Assembly: GCA_010093605.1 (NCBI GenBank)
Contig: MU004191.1
Location: 666,816 to 730,815, forward strand
DNA length: 64,000 nt
Source of the DNA: Lophium mytilinum
Lineage: Eukaryota
Direction of reading: 5' to 3'
Of this stretch, positions 58,336 through 64,000 are shown piece after piece (the stretch's first letter is position 1; each line of letters starts with the position of its first letter). The position numbers and the translations under genes were made by a program. Under the pieces are notes generated by a model that saw nothing but the letters and a program-made list of their open reading frames with translations, was not told the DNA's origin and did not search any database.

Positions 58336-60194
58336 CTTGCTAGCAGTGCTAGTGCTATTAACAGTGATGCAGAAGGACTGAGAGCGAGTCCAATAGTCTG
58401 AAGAAAATCGAGTCTATCTACATGTAAAGTTGGGCGTCTCTTGTCTTATATGACACGCGCTATTTCCCACTGTTTCAGGTAGCTGGCTCACTGTACTTAG
58501 ATACAATGTCGTTGTCTGATATGTCACTTTTTTGCATGACGGTCCTAAATCCGAATAAGCTGCTACCCTCGTTTCGGGAGCCGGAATCAAGCTAGGCCGC
58601 CACATCCTGGGGATGCAGGCCCGGGGATGCAGGCCCGGGGAAACAGCAGGGCTGCCCCGCGGGTTCGAATGACTGGGTCTGTAACATTATGCCGGGACCT
58701 CAACTCTGAGGCCCGGATGTTTGGGGTTGGGTGGTGGTTGAGGAATTCCGGACGTGCGATTTGGTTGTTCTGTATCGACCCCACAATGTGTGCTTTTCCA
58801 TAGCTTAAAAAACTGACAATGCAAGAACTTATCGAAGCATGGAATATTTAGAAGATGCAGCGTAGCTCTACCACTACTCGGTTCCGAATCTATCAAGGAC
58901 AGGTCTCCGGCTAAATAGGGACTAATGCTGCTCTTGACTACTTGGTTGTACTCCTTAGGCGTAGAGGTAATGCAAGAGAAGATAAGATAACAGGCGAGGA
59001 AGAGAGCAGATTCCATAAATATGTCTCAACTGCGGCATAAAGCACTCTGCGCTACCTCAACTCACGTGCCTTGTTGTGAATCTCTGTACAGGTTTTCGCT
59101 ACTTTGTATGGAACTCGAAAGTACAATTACCTAGAAATTGACGGCGGTGGATACACTTCCACCTGTGCACACCATGCTGATGCTGTCTGGGGTAGCTTCA
59201 TGAATTTCCTAGTCGTTCACAACGCTAACTTGTCGCCCCTCACGCAGCAGCAATTGAACGAATATCTATAAAACTAATGAGGCGTTTCATCTGCATCTTT
59301 GAATGCATCTCACATCATGATTAACCCACAGTTGCGCACTGAGGCTACCTACTCCCTGTCCTGTCAGATTTAATTGTCTGCAGCTCGCTTTCAGGACGCC
59401 TGCCACAATTCCCGCCACACCGCGTTCGCGCTGCGCGGCGCTGTCACAATTTTAGTCGACCAGATACCACTTCAATGTGGCGAGAGGAAACATATAATAA
59501 AGTGTGACCATTCATAGCCTCGGAAATAAAAGAAAGCGCAAAACCAAGCAAACGAAGCCCCCCCCTATTCCCTTGGCGATGATGTAGTGGTTTGTATTTA
59601 GTAACATGATGCTCGTAACAAGGAACTTCCACATGCAGACAAGCGCCAGGAACACGGTTTCAGCATCCGTCCCTTCGCTCCCCACATCTACCACCACAAT
59701 TGCACCCCTTGAGTGTGATTGCCTCGTATCCGACGATCGAAATACTACAATGACGGAGTCCAAAGCCAATCTTTGCCTGCCCGTGGCACCGGTTGGACAA
59801 GCACACAACCACCATGTCACCGGACTCCTGCCTCGGACCGTCGCAAATAAGATGCGCAGTGGCACAGGTGGCATGGTTTCACAAGATGGAGAAGCCGGCT
59901 GCCATGGTACTCTCTTTACGATCAAACTTTCTCTCTTCTCACATTCTCATCCTTGGCTGTCTCTCTTTCATCTTTTCTCACGTTTGAGTTTCATCCCGTG
60001 TTGAGTGAGGATCTTCAAGACATTCCCGGTGCAACAGTTTCGAACGTTGAAACGAGGCCAGAGTGGCACAATCCTCCACTTCCTTGCTTGCATGTGGGCG
60101 TATGGCGTCACTGCCACTTCACCATATCCACTAAATTGAACGGCGAGTTTCTCACTTCAACTTCAACCATCGCGCTCCTCGCTGTGGCTCTGCA

Positions 60195-61773
60195 ATGCTA
60201 GTTCGCGATTCGATATGGCATCGCGCAGTCCTCGCAGCGCTATGCGTGAGCATTGCGCAGGCTACTGATTGCTGTACGTATGAGGACTCTGATCTTTATT
60301 CCCTGGTCCTTCGCCATCAGTTATCGAATCGAACGACATGCTAACGAGATTCTGCAATCGCAGACTATCCCAACGGCAAGCTTTCTCCAAACGCCAACGA
60401 CCAACCATGTAGCACAGCTGAAGGCTCGGCATGCTGTCCGGAGAATTGGCAATGCTTGGACAATGGGCTGTGCTACTATCCCCCAGACGATTACTACGGC
60501 AGGTACGGGTGTACGGACAAGACGTGGGGTAGTCCCTTGTGCCCGAGTAATCTATGCACAGATGGTATGTTCCTTTCTTTGGCTCTTCGGTCAGATTGCG
60601 AGTCCATGAGTATCCTCGAATGTCGTTTTGTTATTCTTTCATTCATGGCGTTTTCGATGGTTGCTAGGGAGCCGATTCATCCAAGGTCACGTCGATTTTG
60701 CAGTCCCTGAATTCTTTTCATTACCTCATTAAGATCTAAATGATGTTTCCATGGATGTATCCGGCACTTATAACTTTCACCGTTCAAGCACCATACAATC
60801 TGTACTTCTTCATCCCTTCCAAAAACCCACCACTGATCATCTTTCAGACCTTACTGCCGTAGGCGACGAAGCCCTCCTCCAATGCTCAAATCAAAACGAC
60901 CAATGGTGCTGCGACGGCGACCGCACCCACGTCCACTGCTGCACAGATGACAACATACAATACTTCGACATGCCCAAAGGCAAAGCCTACGCCACCGTGG
61001 GCAGCGGTTCAACACCTTCCTCCGCACCCACCGTGAACACATTCGGCCCTGGTACCGCCGTCAGCGCTTCCTCCCGCGCAGCCACCTCCTCTTCTTCCCC
61101 CTCTTCCTCCTCTCAACAAGCCTCTGTCGCTGCATCCTCCGAGTCCTCCAGCTCCTCAACTCCAAAACCCTCATCAAAAGTCGCAGGCGTAACATCAGTG
61201 CGCACCTCCCTCTCCTCCGGCTCCAGCGGCGTCGCCACCGTCTTCATCACCATCCCACCCTCTTCCTCTCCCACCACCACTTCATCCTCCTCCAGCAAAG
61301 GCTCCCATACCGGCCTCATCGTCGGCTGCGCCGTCGGCGTCCCAGTCGGACTTGCCCTGCTCGGCCTACTCACGTTCCTCCTTCTCCGGCGCCGCAAGAA
61401 TGCCGCCGCCATAGCCACCGGCGCAGATGGCAAACCAGGCACCGCAGCCTCAACGTCCGCATTCTACAAATCGGAGATGGAGCCCGCGGAGTACGGACCC
61501 GCGCCATCCGAGCTCGCGGGTAACCCAATCGGCACAGCGCGGCCAGTGAGTATGCTGCCGGGCAAGGCGGAGCTGGTGGGCGAGGGGAGTTTGGTGAGGC
61601 CGCGTAGTGAGTCTGGGGGCACGGCGCCGCCGGGGTATGAAGCCGCGGAGGGGATGGGCGGGGCGCGTGTGACGCAGGGCGGAAGGCATGTGCCGTATAG
61701 GCCGAGTATGGAGAGGGTGCAGGAGGCGCCGGTGGAGTTGCCGGCTGGGGATGTGAGGACGCCGCCGGCGTGA
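60195..61773 (+). CDS. Cell-surface single-pass protein (Cys-rich ectodomain, S/T stalk, TM; Mid2/sensor-like architecture)
   Basis: Signal peptide MLVRDSIWHRAVLAALCVSIAQA; CYYPNG...ACCPENWQCLDNGLC...GCTDKTW...CP; introns 60274-60363 and 60565-60847; TM GLIVGCAVGVPVGLALLGLLTFLLL followed by RRRK. Confidence 0.85.
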
Positions 61774-63081
61774 TATAGGGTGTGGGAGTGTTTACTACAT
61801 ACTTTAGAATATATTCAGTGTTTTAAGCGGGTCTGTTTGCTATTGTGGACGTGAATATTTTGATTTGAAGATAATGAATAGCCCCACTATACACAAGGGG
61901 TAACGACTAGCATGCTCAAGCGCTGTAAACCACCACCATATCTAAGCCATACACATCATCATCAACTTTACCCACACACGCCGAATTCCCTCTCCATCAT
62001 GAGGCGCTCTCTAGCCTGTTACACCAGCCAACCATGGCTTCTTTCCAAAGCTCCTTTTGCACAATGCCTACAGCAACCGCAACCAATAATCGATGTTGCT
62101 ATGTCGTTGCTCCCACAGCAACAACAACATAATTCCAGACCTTCGGGCGTGTTGCTGCAGACATTGTACTCGCTCCTACATGATTCCTAGGAGCAGGAAA
62201 TGGGGTGGCTTTTATATGCGAATGGAGGAGAGAAATGTAAGAGGGCACGTGGGTAGCACGTGTTTATATAAGAAACACGTGCAGTGTAGGTATCCTCTGG
62301 ATCGTGTTAGTTTGTGTAATCCAGTGAGTATTGGCTATGGGAATGAAAGTGCTGTTTCGACATCTTTGTTCTATCGCTCTGTTTATGCCCTTGAAATTGG
62401 GTCGTTAAATTGCACCTCCTGCAGCACAAAGGTAGAAGCATGTATCTACTATACCTCGCGCGCCATCAATGTAGTCCGGCCAACCGAAACTTCGAACACT
62501 TAGCACCCTTCGCGGAATCTCACCGACCGAAAATCTCTGCCTCGATCATCTCACATATCGCTGGTCCCGCCCCCTAGTGGAACCCACATAAGCGCAGTCA
62601 TGCGAGAGAGCTCTTCTGCCTAAACGCGGAGTGAGAGGCGCTGTCCGCTGCACCCCGTTCAAAACCTACTGTAGAAATATACTAACCACATCCAAATGTT
62701 CATGCTCGTTCAGTAACATCCACAAACCAGTGAATGCGATTGGTGCCTTTTTGGATTTGCTGAATGGTGGCAATAATGGGACTGCACTGGTCCAGCTTGC
62801 GGATGTAGACGTAGACTGAAGAAGCGACGGCTACATCCTGTGGAATACTAAGATGCAAGGTTCCAAGGAAGGCGGTTCGGCATCCTCCTGATGCTCGCAA
62901 TGAATCATGTCGCCGGTTTGAAAGTGCTCACTACGTCGAAGAAAGTCTATGAGATGTACAATTCTTGACAGCTTTAAATTAAAGAATTATTCTGACGCTT
63001 TCCTCCTCTGCATATGAGTACTCTGCACGGCTGGGAATTCGGATGCCAAGATCAGATCCTGGAAAGTTATCCGGTAACGCG

Positions 63082-63384
63082 TCAGGCCTCATGATCAGTG
63101 ACTTCCACGCCATACTGTCTATCGATGGCGATCTGACCTCTTCGCAGGTCCTCGCTAACCTCGGACATGTCTAAAGGATGCAGTGCTCGCGCGCGATGGT
63201 CTCCGCATGTCTCGTTGCCGTTGAAATTGAAAGGGACCTGAGATGTCTCGGATCGGCGAGGGCTGCTATTGTAGCTCGTTACGCTGCGCTTCATCGCGCT
63301 ATCTGTGTCGGATCTACTTCTTGATCGAAGAGCGTTCATGGACAGCTTGCTAAGGATACTGTTCAGCACGGAGTCCACCTCCAT
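63082..63384 (-). CDS. Short ORF, possibly a gene remnant or 3' exon
   Basis: 100-aa ORF with protein-like composition but no recognisable domain. Confidence 0.25.
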   Translation of the reverse strand: MEVDSVLNSILSKLSMNALRSRSRSDTDSAMKRSVTSYNSSPRRSETSQVPFNFNGNETCGDHRARALHPLDMSEVSEDLRRGQIAIDRQYGVEVTDHEA

Positions 63385-63659
63385 GCAACATAGGTAGACT
63401 CGGGCGGAGAAGCGATATATGCGAATGATGGGCGTTGTTATTCTCGAGTGCCGGGGTGCCAGTCCCGCATGACGGTGCTGTACGCATGAAATATAACGGA
63501 CCCCGACGTCGTTCTCGCGTTATAATCATTCAGGGCACGAGGTTTCGAAAGACGCGAAGTTGTTTGGCATTAGTGTCGATACCACGCGTTTGTGGTGTTG
63601 AGTTGAGATAGAACTGAGGAAGTGGTAAATAAGCTTAGGCTCCCTAGCTCCAAGTAGCC

Positions 63660-64000
63660 GGGCATTAGAAGGCGGCACGGGCTTGTGCACGGGACTAGCT
63701 CATGCACGAGCTTAATACACAACCGAGCGCCACCACCACCAACTTTAAAAAATCACAACTCCATTAATTTTTATCCAATTCTACTAGAAAATGGCTGGAA
63801 TTAAAGCGGCAATTAAGGAGGCTATTACTACTAAGGGAAAAGACCTCTAAGCTATTACTACTAGGAATAGAGTCTATTAATCTATACTCTTATAGCGGTA
63901 CCGCGGTATTACTAGATCTAAAGAGGAAGGCTATAATACTTAAAGTCTACTTAATAGTACTTAAGCTAGTACTCTTCTAGCCTATATTAGCTACCTTATA
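63660..64000 (+). mobile_element. RIP-mutated pogo/Fot1-like (Tc1-mariner superfamily) DNA transposon, 5' end
   Basis: From ATG 63791 the frame has several TAA/TAG stops, with TpA excess and CpA/TpG depletion. Reversing C>T/G>A changes gives roughly AIAARHGVHRSTLSRRYRGVT, a pogo-type HTH. GCACGRG subterminal repeats at ~63675-63710. The left boundary is approximate. Confidence 0.75.

Noticed and set aside
58608..58672. (GGGGATGCAGGCCC)x2 repeat followed by B-box-like GGTTCGAATG
   Set aside because: Imperfect B-box with no T-stem, no A-box and no nearby oligo(T) terminator.
1..64000. CRISPR arrays, rRNA genes, prokaryotic operons
   Set aside because: None seen; the sequence is intron-containing eukaryotic DNA.

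Overview
Gene-dense window from a filamentous ascomycete (Pezizomycotina, probably Dothideomycete-like), judged from short GT-AG introns with CTRAC branch sites and the gene content. It holds about 25 protein-coding genes. Recognisable ones are a frameshifted CYP52-type P450, an APH/kinase-like protein, DMC1, GIS2/CNBP, UAP1/QRI1, a divergent L-rhamnonate dehydratase plus RhaR-like Zn2Cys6 regulator pair, a GH31 alpha-glucosidase, a GH16 Crh transglycosylase, a Tfb6-like protein, a three-dsRBD protein, an AbaA/TEA factor, MRD1, dynein light chain, RPC34 and a UbiA-type prenyltransferase/terpene cyclase. A RIP-mutated pogo/Fot1 transposon starts at the right edge. The most interesting signals are non-coding or unannotated: (1) a ~220-nt structured, non-tRNA Pol III-type RNA at ~36.0-36.2 kb; (2) a box C/D snoRNA-like element in an MRD1 intron with no obvious target; (3) seven AbaA-response elements in front of abaA; (4) repeated Taspase1-like QLDG motifs in a large disordered protein; (5) recurrent C-rich to G-rich skew switches. 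All calls come from reading the sequence by eye. Exon boundaries and folds are manual and no database searches were run.
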